A stretch of 64,000 nt of DNA from Octopus vulgaris (taxonomy: Eukaryota), in NCBI GenBank assembly GCA_951406725.2, contig OX597839.1, positions 37,510,001 through 37,574,000 on the forward strand, given 5' to 3'. The first letter of the stretch is position 1. Each line of letters opens with the position of its first letter. Below the pieces are notes generated by a model. The model had not been told where the DNA came from. It saw nothing but the letters and a program-made list of their open reading frames with translations, and ran no database searches. The position numbers were made by a program, and so were the translations under genes. This document shows positions 11,365 through 22,799 of the stretch, piece by piece.

Positions 11365-11945
11365 TCATCATCATCATTGTTCAACCGTGGTCGAGACAAT
11401 GGAATTTACCATGCTACGCCAGACTTCACGGTCCATCATGGCATTACGGAGGTCCTGTGGCTGGATGCCTGTATCCCTGGAGATTACATCAGGGTAGGAG
11501 AGTGTGCGCCCTCTGGTATTGCGAGTAGATGGCTTCCAGAGGAGAAGAGTATAAATTACCTCTTTTTCAGCTCTACAACAATGTCCAGCAAACTGGACTC
11601 TCCTACCTTTCACAAGAGATGACACAGGTGGTAGTTTCCCATATATTTGCATTTTGGTTGGATGGCGCCTCCACGAGAGATTTTGAGCTCTCATAAGGAG
11701 GCGAGTGTAGGTTCCATCCAACTGCCTCTCAAGCTTCTTTGATAACGTCCAGGTTTCTGAGCCATATAGTAGAATTGGTTCGACTGTGGCTTTGAAGATT
11801 TCAAGTTTGAAGTCTCTACTTAGATTTGATGACCAGGCTGACCAGGCCATACCCTTTCTAGTTAGAAAGTCTTTTCCAGATGATGATATGTATGACCCAA
11901 GATATTTATAATCAGAAACCATATTTAAGGGCGCATTGTTGAGAG
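11365..11945 (-). mobile_element. RTE-clade LINE 3' fragment
   Basis: YKYLGSYI, LLYGSETWTL, FAGHCCR; (GAT)n tail; same family as 41235-41718. Confidence 0.92.
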
Positions 11946-12141
11946 TATGGATGATGCAATCACTGTTGGACAGGCACTTGTTTATGTATTCACCACCACC
12001 AACACCATCATTCACAATAACTAGGAGCCGCCGCTGCCGCCACCAACATTAATAGCAGCAACATCACCACCATCATTAACAACAACAACAACAACAAGCC
12101 ATCACCACCGTCACCATTATTAACAACAACAACAAACTCAC

Positions 12142-12264
12142 CTGGATACTTTTGTAAGCTTTTTTCACGGAGGGTTTTGAAAATTCAAAGAATTTTACAC
12201 TGAAATCTTTGCTGCCGGAGACGAGGATCTGATGGAATGGGTGAAAGTCCAGGGACGTCACTTC
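12142..12264 (-). CDS. CSTF1: CSTF1 exon 7 ([41 protein letters not shown])
   Basis: cag/gtgagt; WD40 repeat. Confidence 0.96.
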
Positions 12265-12371
12265 CTGGAATGGAAACATCCAACAGTTATTAGAGTTTAA
12301 TGAGAGGAACCAACCCCTTGGTCTGCTGGTCAACACGGACACACTTTACCACAACATATCCAGTCACATTC

Positions 12372-12638
12372 AGTCTATAGAGACACACTACACTACAACA
12401 TGTACTGTCTATATAGACACACTACACTACAACATGTACTGTTTATATAGACACACTACACTACAACATGTAGTCTATATAGACACACTACACTACAACA
12501 TGTAGTCTATATAGACACACTATACTACAACATGTACTGTTTATATAGACACACTACACTACAACATGTAGTCTATATAGACACACTACACTACAACATG
12601 TAGTCTATATAGACACACTACACTACAACATGTAGTCT
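12372..12638. repeat. Minisatellite, ~32-36-bp unit (gtctatatagacacactacactacaacatgta), about 8 copies
   Basis: Direct tandem repeats. Confidence 0.9.
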
Positions 12639-12639
12639 A

Positions 12640-12888
12640 ATGTGCCAGTGGCTGAGTACTCCACAGACACGTGTACCCATAACATAGTCCCTCAGGCAGA
12701 TTCAGAATGACTCAGAGTGTGACAAGGTTGGCCGTTTGAAATGCAGGTACAACACATTTTTGCCAGCTGAGTGGACTGGAGCAACATGAAATAAAGTGTC
12801 TTGCTCAAGAACACAATGTGTCGCCAGGAATTGAACTTACAACCTTACAATCATGAGCCGATCGCCCTAACCACTAAGCCACACACCT
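12640..12888 (-). mobile_element. CORE-like tRNA-derived SINE (relatives near 17747-17840 and 32483-32762)
   Basis: tRNA-like head and gtgttcttgagcaagacactttatttcatgttgctccagtccactcagctg core. Confidence 0.75.
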
Positions 12889-13040
12889 TCACTACTACCA
12901 CCACTACACATTACATAATACTATGGATCAGTAAAACTACAACCCCTGCCACAACATTACACCACAACCCTCACAGTCACACTGCTCCACCATTATCTCC
13001 AGCAAAACCCAAAGAACTGCAGGGAAGATGCTTGACTTAC

Positions 13041-13163
13041 AGAGTTATGGTCGTAGAGGGTTCGAATCACAGGATGGTTTTCCATGGTCTGTTGTGGCGT
13101 TTCCATAGCAATGATCTCAGCAGGTGTGGCACTTTTGGCCAGCATCCTCTCCACATCCAAAAT
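13041..13163 (-). CDS. CSTF1: CSTF1 exon 6 ([41 protein letters not shown])
   Basis: cag/gtaagt; ERMLAKSA and [12 protein letters not shown] are diagnostic of CstF-50. Confidence 0.97.
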
Positions 13164-13631
13164 CTGGAAAAGACAGAAAAAAAAAATCAGACAAGAAATA
13201 AATAAACAAAGCAGGAAACAACATCACATCCACTCACTCACTCACTCACACTCTCCACTCATCGCTGCCTGCACAAGTTATTTATGATCTTTTAGTATTG
13301 TCAGTCACTGGACAGTGGCCATACTGGGGCACCACTTTGAAGAATTTCAGGTGAACAAATTGACCCCTAGTACTTAAGGCTTTCTTTAAGTTTGGTGCTC
13401 GTTCCACTGATCTCCTTTTGGGGGAGGGGTATGACAAACACAGACACACCCTGTATATAAGAATGGACATCCACAAAAGTTTCCATGACCGAATTTACCC
13501 AGAAGACATTGTTCAGCCTAGGGCTGTAATAGAAGACACTTGTCCCGGATGTCATGATGTGGGACTGAACTTGAAATCAGTTGGCTGGGAAATTAACTTC
13601 TTAACCACACAGTTATATATATATATATATA

Positions 13632-14490
13632 TAATAATATAATAATAATAATAATAATTGTGTACAGTGCTCAGGTGCACTACAACTCATCTAAAGTGTA
13701 TATATAATCAGGTGTAGTTTCGGCGGATTTCGGAAAGCATGAGGGCCTTAAAGGATGCAGTGTCATGGCAGTCAACAACTGACGCAGGCAGTTTATTCCA
13801 TGCTTCAGCAACTCTGAGCGTGAAAAAATGTTTCCGAAAGTCATGGGAGCTGTATTGTTTTCTGACTTTGTAGGCATGTCCACGTGTGTTAGACACATGG
13901 AGATCAAAAAGGTGTTCAGTGTTGTTGTTGGTGAGGTGGTTGATAACTTTGTGGGTGTTTACCAAGTCCGTCGCCAAACGCCGGAGCTTCAGTGAATCCA
14001 TGCCCAGGGAAACAAGGCGCTCAGAATATGGTAGGTGTCTGATGGAGGGTATGCGTTTGGTTGCACGTCTCTGGACAGATTCCAGGAGGTCAATGTTCTG
14101 TGCAAGATAGGGGTTCAAAACTGATGATGCGAATCCCAAGTGTGGTCGTACCATAGCTGTATACAGTTTTAAATAGATGGCTGGAGAGCGGCTAACAAAA
14201 GACCTGCTGAGTGATGCCAAGACACCCTCGGCCTTCCTGACAATCTTAGAGATATGCTTTGACCAACGCAAATCACTGCTGACAGTGATGCCTAGGTCAC
14301 GCTCGCAAGAGGATTTCTTGATATCAGTGTTGTGGAGGGAGTATGTGAACGCAGGGTTTTTCTTCCAAAATGCATGGTGGTACACTTGTCCACAGCCAGT
14401 TTCAGTTGCCAGTCTGTGATCCATTGCTGCATTGTGTCTAGGTCTGATTGCAGGAAAGAGTTGTAGACATCAGGATCTGTCCTCTTGATT
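13632..14490 (-). mobile_element. 5'-truncated CR1-clade LINE, near-identical inverted copy of 2873-3727
   Basis: ORF 13708-14424 differs from ORF 2939-3655 at only about 3 of 238 aa. Confidence 0.95.
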
Positions 14491-14869
14491 GTCCTCTTGA
14501 TATAAAATTAATAATAGAAGGGTAAAATTTATTAATTAAATTAATTAATTAATTAATTAATTAATTATCTGTTACATGATGACGCTTGATTGTGTGCATA
14601 TTTGGCTATAATACTTTCAAATTTTATTTAAAACATCGGAAATATCATACTAAGAGTAAGTAAAACTTAAATTACTTTAATCTCGAAACGCGTATATAAT
14701 TAATCCTCGTCGTGTTGATTCATTGTTTTTCTTTTTGCCTTCGTAAAAAAATATGTTTACCGTCATGGAGATTCTTATAGTAGTAGAAAGGGAATTTTTA
14801 ACTCCTATTTCTAATTTCGGTATGAGGTGAAGCAGTTAGCTGAACCCTAATTATATATATGTTTGTTTT

Positions 14870-15086
14870 TGTTTTTGTTTTTCCAGTTTCAGCTCTTGAG
14901 CTGTGGCCATGCTGGGGCACCGCCATTGTGGTGAAAGAGTACAGCAGGGATCACCACCCCCTGCCGGAGCCTCGTAGAGCTTTTTAGGTGTTTTCGCTCA
15001 ATAAACACACACAACGCCCGGTCTGAGAATCGAAACCGCGATCCTGCGACCGCGAGTCCGCTGCCCTAACCACTAGGCCATTGCAC

Positions 15087-15089
<3 letters not shown>
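14870..15089 (-). mobile_element. tRNA-derived SINE family D (relative at 37858-38140 on +)
   Basis: Head gaggtgcaatggcctagtggttagggcagcggac...ggtttcgattc; LINE-like tail. Confidence 0.8.
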
Positions 15090-15137
<48 letters not shown>

Positions 15138-15206
15138 CATATGCACATTAAATGATGATGACAACAGCATAGATAGGTTTCAGAAAATTCCAGCAAGTTT
15201 CTTTAC

Positions 15207-15247
15207 CTTAATGGAAGCGTCCTCTGATCCTGTGGCTATCAGTTGAC
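15207..15247 (-). CDS. CSTF1: CSTF1 exon 5 (GQLIATGSEDASIK)
   Basis: 41-nt exon with tag/gtaaag; near-identical to human GQLIATGSADASIK. Confidence 0.93.
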
Positions 15248-15437
15248 CTACAATAACAAAAATATTGTTTTCTTAAATTGGGAACCAAAAAAGAAACAAA
15301 AAAAAAAACCCAAATCATTTTTTTAAAAACATAAATGCATTTGCCATCACAATCAGGACATGAAATACAGCACCATGTGAGTTTAGAGTTTAAAAAAATA
15401 TGAACTTCCAGAAGTGATATTATTAATGTTTATTCAT

Positions 15438-15666
15438 TTAACCCTTTAGTTTTCAGATTATTCTATCAAACATAATGCCTATTGATTCACATTGATTTGA
15501 ATTAATCGTGCATTATCTCATAGCTTCAAGATATCTTGAGGGTGTAATTACTTAATGTAGAATAACATTGTAGGGTAGGTGTGAGAGCCTGGACGTGGTC
15601 AGTTTGAGCATAAAACAGATTAAATATCTTGGCCGGATAGGGCCGGTTTAAATACTAAAGGGTTAA
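15438..15666. mobile_element. TTAA-target (piggyBac-like) MITE; relatives at 18701-19330, 38358-38802 (two in tandem) and 42696-42923
   Basis: TTAA|CCCTTTAG ... CTAAAGGG|TTAA. Confidence 0.8.
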
Positions 15667-16100
15667 AATTTCCATTTTACTCTCTTCCGGCATGAACACA
15701 CCTGAAGCCATTCCATATTTTCCTTTTCTATCTTCTATGATAAAGTTCTCTAAGCAATTTCATTGCTTTTTTATTTTATCATGTCTTAACATTTTAAATA
15801 CATGCATACATATGTGTGTGTGAGTGTCTGCTGTGAACCCGGAACCATGTGGTTGGGAAGCAAGCTTCTTACCTCACACCCATGCCTGCACCTGTATCTA
15901 AACAAAATTTTTTAAATGGTCATGAAAAGAACGTCTTTGATCATAAGTCTGCTTGGTCTGGGCTGGCCTGTGGTTAAATGACAACAGCATAAACATTTTA
16001 TTTTATTTGTGGGAACTTATTGGTCAACAGAAAGGAAAGGTGATCCGTCACCAAGAGATGGAAGTGGAGGTGCGATTAAATGGTTAGGAGGTGTGGGATT

Positions 16101-16396
16101 CATCATCATTTAGCGTCCGCTTTCCATGCTAGCATGGGTTGGACGGTTCAACTGGGGTCTGGAAAGCCAGAAGGCTGCACCAGGCCCAGTCCGATCTGGT
16201 AATGTTTCTACAGCTGGACGCTCTTCCTAACGCCAACCACTCCGTGAGTGTAGTGGGTGCTTTTTACGTGACACCGGCACAGGTGCCAGACGGGGCTGGC
16301 AAACGGCCACGGTCGGATGGTGCTTTTTACGTGCCACCAGCACGGGGGCCAGACGGGGCTGGCAAACAGCCACGGTCGGATGGTGCTTTTTACGTG
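16101..16396 (-). mobile_element. Family C RTE-type element
   Basis: Tail, body and two 63-bp units, about 30 nt from the exon 4 donor. Confidence 0.85.
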
Positions 16397-16428
16397 GGAT
16401 TGTTAAATCGAAATCCTTGCAGACTTAC

Positions 16429-16521
16429 CAGAATGGTGGAAAGCACCAGCACGGCATGCAGCCTTGTGAGCAGTGACATAACAAGTCTCGTAGAGAGCAG
16501 CTTCGGGAGAGATGGTCTGAA
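16429..16521 (-). CDS. CSTF1: CSTF1 exon 4 (VQTISPEAALYETCYVTAHKAACRAGAFHHS)
   Basis: cag/gtaagt splice sites; SPEA..YETCYVT.HK motif. Confidence 0.95.
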
Positions 16522-16924
16522 CTGCAAAAGAAAAAAAAAACAAGAAAATAAGAAAAACAACCTATACTAAAAATATGACAACAATGATTGGTAAGCACAG
16601 AAAAGTGATGATGATGTGATGATGTAATGATGGTGATGATGTTGGCAGTGATGATAATGTTGATGAGGATGATAGTGATGATTTAGGAATGATGATGATG
16701 ATTTAGGAATGAGGCCAGAAATTTTGAGGAGAGGGGTTTAGTCGACACCTTTGACTGGTACTCTATTTTATTGATCCTGAAGAGATGAAAAGCACAGTTG
16801 ATCTTGGTGGGATTTGAACTCAGGACAAAATAGACCCAGAGAAAATATTACAAAGAATGTTGTCCAGCACAAGACTCTGTGAATCCGCCACCCTAACTAT
16901 GTTCTGTAGTAGTAGTAGTAATAT

Positions 16925-17330
16925 ATTTTTTTAATTTTATTTTATCTAGTTTCAGCTCACGAGCTGTGGCCATGCTGGGGCACCGCCATTTGGTGTTGCT
17001 ACATGATTTTACTTCATGCATGCTTTTTAGTAATTGCCATTTGGTGTATGAGAGAGTTCGATGCAGTTGCCCTCATCTGCACCTCCTGCCGTGAAGTTGG
17101 TTCACCTGGGACACCTGACAAGAAGAGATCCAGTTTTATTTTAAAGACATCTACATCCACCCTATGCAGGTCTCTCAGGTTCTTCGGGAGGATATTGAAG
17201 AGCTGTGGGCCTCTGAAGCCCAGGCTATCACAGTATCTTGTCCTAAATCTTGATGGCAAATTTGGAGTCCTTGGCACTATGCAGTGGCGCCCAGTTCTAG
17301 CATTTGTGTAACTCTCGATGCCAAAGTTTA
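16925..17330 (-). mobile_element. CR1/L2-group LINE 3' end
   Basis: RGPQLFNILPKNLR...FKIKLDLFLSGVPGEP; A-rich tail. Confidence 0.85.
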
Positions 17331-17848
17331 ATAATAATAATAATGAAAATAATAATAATAATTATTATTTCTTTTATTTGCCACAGGGGCATCAACTAAA
17401 GGAAGAGGAGAATGCAAAGAAATAAACATAAAATGTGTGTGTGGTGCGTTCCATCAAACAAGAAAAGAATAAAAGTGGCTTTGAAGTAAAAAGATTACTT
17501 CCCAACCACATGGATCCAGGTTCAGTCCCCAGGTTAATATAACACATACAGGGATTGGACAAAATATTTTGTAGATTTAATGTTTTAGCAAAGAGATTTG
17601 CTCTCTACAGTTACGTTTGTAGAGTCTTCTTTCAGTTTATTCTCTCCTCGATCTTTGATTCAAGAATTTTCAAGTACAGGGGGTTGGACAAAATAATGGA
17701 AACACCTAGCATCATGATTTTGAAATATCTATAAAACCGTCAAAAGCTTGCTCAAGAACACAACACACAGCCTGGTCCAGGATTCGAACTCACAACCTCA
17801 CGATCGTAAGCTCGACACTCTAACCACTGAGCCATGCATCTTCACTAT

Positions 17849-18235
17849 ACTCTTTTTACTTGTTTCAGTCATTTGACTGGGGCCATTTTGGAGCACCACC
17901 TTTTTAGTCGAGCAAATCGACCCCAGAACTTATTCTTTGTAAGCCTAGTACTTATTCTATCGGTCTCTTTTGCCGAACTGCTAAGTTACGGGAACGTAAA
18001 CACACCAGCATCGGTTGTCAAGCGATGTTGGGGGAACAAACATAGACACACAAACACACATATATATATACATACGATGGGCTTCTTTCAGTTTCCTTCT
18101 ACCAAATCCACTCACTAGGCTTTGGTCGGCCCAAGGCTATAGTAGAAGACACTTGCCCAAGGTGCCACGCAGTGGGACTGAACCCAGAACCATGTGGTTG
18201 GTAAGCAAGCTATTTACCACACAGCCACTCCTACG

Positions 18236-18238
<3 letters not shown>
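17849..18238 (-). mobile_element. SINE family A
   Basis: Full length. Confidence 0.9.
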
Positions 18239-18277
<39 letters not shown>

Positions 18278-18462
18278 CACACACACACAAACATATACGT
18301 TACAGAGAGAGAGAGAGCTATATCTGTCAATGTCAATCTCTCCATCTATAAATATATATTCCTGCTGGTACACATTTACATCTGAGGAAAGAGGAAGATG
18401 AGAAAGAAACAACAGGAGAGAGACAGAGAGAGTGGAAGAGAGACGTGTGAGAGTGTACTTAC

Positions 18463-18540
18463 CATCTGTTTCATATTCCAGGTCTATACCAGTGCCAGGT
18501 GTGACAGCTTCTGTGGGAACCTGCTGCTGTGGGTTCTGGG
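18463..18540 (-). CDS. CSTF1: CSTF1 exon 3 (AQNPQQQVPTEAVTPGTGIDLEYETD)
   Basis: (CT)n tract plus tag acceptor, gtaagt donor; PGTGIDLE motif identical to human. Confidence 0.93.
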
Positions 18541-18867
18541 CTAGAGAGAGAGAGAGAGAAAGACAGAGAGACAACAGGTGAGGTACTGGTGCATGATACA
18601 GGAGGAAGAGGAGGAGTACTTACACAGAGACGGAAGAAGGGGAGGCAGAGACAGCTGCACAGAGTGAGGCCTTGGGAGTATATTGTCTAATGCCGGCTTC
18701 TTAACCCTTTGGCATTCAGATTATGTCAAATGTAATCCTTATTTATTCCCCTTGTTTTCAGTTAATCAGGTATTATCTCATAAGCTTTCAGATTTCAATG
18801 AGGAGATTGTTTTATTTTTAAAATGACATTGTAGGGTAGGTGCAAGAGGCTGGACCTGGCCAGTTTG

Positions 18868-19272
18868 TATGAAGAAAGGCTGAAGACGCTCGACCTTTAT
18901 TCTCTAGAAAAATGATGCCGCCGTGGTGATCTCATTCTTGCTCACAACATCATAAGCGGAAAGTGTAACCTCTCGAAAGAGCTGTTCTTCACTCCTGCTC
19001 CAGAGCGTCGGCTGCGGGGTCACTCCGAAAAGCTCTATCTACGACGATTTCATCTCAATTGAAGGAGAGGGGCTTTTTCCGTCCGGGCGGCGGATCTGTG
19101 GAATAAGCTGCCAGACGAGATGGTGAAGATGCCGACGACCGCTCAGTTCAAAGTCTCTCTTGTCCAGAAATGGCCTGAACTCTTTGCATGAACTCTCTCC
19201 CTGTACATAACTCCATGTCCCCCTACATGGCCTTGCTTTTTGCTTTTTGAACCAAAAAAATTAACTTAACTT
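18868..19272 (+). mobile_element. CR1-clade LINE 3' fragment nested in a TTAA MITE; second copy at 20701-21007
   Basis: YEERLKTLDLYSLEK*CRRGDLI...LRGH...WNKLP; (TTAAC)n tail. Confidence 0.85.
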
Positions 19273-20330
19273 ATAAAACCAGTAGGGCTTTTTGGGCCTG
19301 GTGTTGCCGGTTTAAATGCTAAAGAGTTAAGACAGTAGGGTATGACTTGAGAGAGAGATCTGATTACTGTTTCCTATTTCTTTACTGCCCACTAGGGGCT
19401 AAACATAGAGGGGATAAACAAGGACAGACAAAGGGATTAAGACGATTATATCATCCCCAGTGTGTAACTGGTACTTAATTTATCAACCCTGAAAGGCAAA
19501 GTCGACATCAGCGGAATTTGAACTCAGGCCGTACAGACAGATGAAATACCACTAAGCATTTCGCCCGGCATGCTAACATTTCTGCCAGTTCGCCACCTTA
19601 ATCTGATTACTGTTTCTAGCATGTTGAATAACTGGGTAAGTACTATCTCACTGGTTGACTTGATCATGGATAACCACCAACACCAAACCATGACCACCAC
19701 CACCACCTAACATCCACGTTTCCATGCTTGCATGAGCCAGATGGAAATTGTTGAGGCAGATTTTCTATGGCTGGATGCCCTTCCTGCTGTCAACCCTCAC
19801 CTCTTTTCCAAGCAACGTAATATTACCCCTTGGCCAAGGTGGCGAGCTGGCAGAATCATTGGTACGCTGGGCAAAATGCTTAGTGGTATTTCGTCTGCCA
19901 CTACATTCTGAGTTCAAATTCTACAAAGGTCAACTTTGCCTTTCATCCTTGGGGGGGGGGGGATCGATAAATGAAGTACCAGATGCATACTGATCGACTG
20001 ATATGGAACCTGGGCTAGTTTTCTTTGTGTACCATCCTGTATCATCTTGATAGATGCAGATCTATTGAGGGATGCTGGGGAGGATCAAGGATCTATTAGG
20101 ACTCTAGCTATAGACTGTGTAGAGATATTCTAGCAGACCTCACCCCTGCACGACTGGGGAAAATGGGTGCAGCTTAAATGTCATCTTTTCTCTCTGTTGA
20201 CATGTTGACCTAGTGCTTTTGAGATTGTGCTTCAGGAAGGGCTCGAAGCCCTTCCTGAAGCCAACCTTTCTTGTTTCCGAGTAAAGTATTTTATAATACA
20301 GTTCTACATTTAAGAGATGAGGAATTATTC

Positions 20331-20507
20331 ACATTATTTACATTCGACAGATATTTGTCCTCCTCTTGTCTGTTGTTAACACAATGTTTCGGCTGATATA
20401 CCATCTAGCCTTCTTCAGGCTGATGAAGGCTGGAGGGTATATCAGCCGAAATGTTGTGTTAATAACAAACAAGATGAGGACAAATATCCGTCGAATGTAA
20501 ATAACGT
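20331..20507. repeat. Palindrome of two head-to-head hammerhead-like (Penelope-type) motifs
   Basis: ~88-bp arms centred at 20419; CTGATGA-AGGCTG..CAGCC-GAAA. Confidence 0.8.
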
Positions 20508-21265
20508 AAATGAAAGTATTTTATTCCATGTGAAACTACCAAGCTGCTAGACACTTTCTACATGGGGGGAAAAATGAGTGTTAGCATCAAAGAAGGGCAT
20601 CTGACCCCAGAAACTGCCTCATGTTTTCTCATTCTTGCCTATCACCATCATTCATATTTTGCCTCCTTTCTTGATTAACAAACAATTCTCATGCTTTCCC
20701 TGTAACCTCTCGAAAGAGTTGTTCTTCACTCCTGCTCCAGAGCATCGGCTGCGGGGTCACTCCGAAAAGCTCTATCTGTGACGATTTCATCTCAATCGAA
20801 GGAGAGGGGCTTTCTCTGTCCGGGTTGCAGATCCATGGAATAAGCTGCTGGACGAGATAGTGAGGATGCCGACAACCGCTCGGTTCAAAGACTCTCTTGA
20901 CCAGAAATGGCCTGAACTCTTTGCATGAACGCCCTCCCTGTACATAACTCCATGTCGCCCTACATGGCCTTGCTTTTTGCTTTTTGAGCCAAAAAATTAA
21001 CTTAACATCAGCTTCACCATTCATGACTCTCTCTCTCTCTCTCTCTCTCACACACTACTGTACACTTACTTTCACCATCCCTTTTCCACAGCCTGACAAA
21101 TTTTTTACACCACTTCAATGCAACGGATGTGAACACCTTAAAACAAGATCATTTTTATATGGAGGGCTAGAACAAATCTGAAGAGGATCAGCTATCAAGG
21201 GAGCTAAAATTCAGAACCAGTGGAAGACTTCAATACTAGCCCTGCTCCATGTTGGTGCCATATAT

Positions 21266-21494
21266 ATTTCTTTACTACCCACAAAGGGCTAAACACAGAG
21301 GGGACAAACAAGGACAGACAAATGGATTGAGTCGATTATATCGACCCCAGTGTGCAACTGGTACTTAATTTATCGATCCCGAAAGGATGAAAGGCAAAGT
21401 CAACTTCGGTGGAATTTGAACTCAGAACGTAACGGCAGACAAAATATGGCTACGTATTTCGCCCGGCGTGCTAACGTTTCTGCCAGCTCGCCGC
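21266..21494 (-). mobile_element. SINE family B
   Basis: Full length; further copies at 19375-19597, 24185-24411 and 33666-33886 (all minus) and 30757-30979 (plus). Confidence 0.9.
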
Positions 21495-22112
21495 CCATGT
21501 TGGTGCCATATAGCCGCACCAACACCACCAGTACCAGCATTCCTTTTCTGCTGTTGACTCAGTGAAAGCTCTCCAGCACAGCTGAAGAGTTCATTGTTCT
21601 ATTCAAAGTGGACTTTAAGTGGATCTCAACCAACGACATCAGTGGGAAAACAAATAACTCATTCTTTTCTGAAGATCCTTCATCTTGGGACAACAAATCC
21701 ATCCTTAGGCTGACTCATGAATATCCTGCTCATGACAGGTCTGCCAGTGTGTAGGGTTGTAGAGGTGAAAAGACTTCCTCCACTAGATACACACACACAT
21801 AGAGGGTAGCTGTCTGGTTCACCACCAAAAATACCACATGGGTACAAGTGCGGTTGTGTGGTAAAGAGCTTGCTTTCCAGCCACATGGTTCTGGGTTCAG
21901 TGCCATTGCATGGCACCTTAGGCAAGTGCCTTATTCTACTACAGACCTGGGCTGAACAAACCCCTGTGAGTAGAGTTGGTAGATGGAAATTGAAAGAAGC
22001 CCATCACATATACACATACACATGTGTGTGTATGTGTTTGTTCCCCACCACCACTTGACAACCAGTGTTGGTTTGTTTATGCTCCTGTAACTTAAGACAG
22101 GAGGGCCACATT

Positions 22113-22394
22113 GCACAGTTACGGCAACGTAAACACACCAGCATCGGTTGTCAAGTGATATTGGGGGGGACAAACACAGACACACAAACATATACACACA
22201 CATATATATATATATATACATATACATACAAGAGGCTTCTTTCAGTTTCTGTCTACCAAATCCACTCACAAGGCTTTGGTCGGCCCGAGGCTATAGCAGA
22301 AGACACTTGCCCAAGGCGCCACTGCAGTGGGACTGAACCCGGAAACATGTGGTTGGTAAGCAAGCTACTTACCACACAGCCACCCCTACGCCTA
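22113..22394 (-). mobile_element. SINE family A (head and core)
   Basis: Carries the ctgcagtggcgcc variant. Confidence 0.85.
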
Positions 22395-22419
22395 TATACA
22401 AACAATAAATGAAAAATGC

Positions 22420-22620
22420 GTGGCCGTTTGCCAGCCTCGTCTGGCACCTGTGCGGGTGGCATGTAAAAAGCAGCCACTACACTCGCGGACTGGTTGGCGT
22501 TAGGAAGGGCATCCAGCCGTAGAAACACTGCCAGATCTGACTGGGCCTGATGAAGCCTTCCGGCTTCACAGACCCCAGTTGAACCGTCCAACCCATGCTA
22601 GCATGGAAAGCGGACGCTAA

Positions 22621-22652
<32 letters not shown>
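22420..22652 (+). mobile_element. Family C RTE-type element
   Basis: Body plus (GAT)n tail. Confidence 0.85.
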
Positions 22653-22653
<1 letters not shown>

Positions 22654-22799
22654 GTAAATAAACACTTGACATAACAACATATTCTGAATGTAAAGACGAA
22701 CAGAAGAAACGGAGAAGCTCTGTAAATCTGTTTGTCTCCTGTTTGTTATATGTTATGTCGTTTGTTTATTTACCATACATTTTAAAATTTATTAATAGT

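Noticed and set aside
15020-15089. tRNA gene
   Set aside because: The tRNA-like head runs into a SINE body and tail; no intact acceptor stem or terminator. The same applies to the family A and B heads
20229-20261. Perfect 15-bp hairpin resembling a terminator or pre-miRNA
   Set aside because: Too short for a pre-miRNA; one arm is a family C repeat motif, so probably a local fold-back duplication
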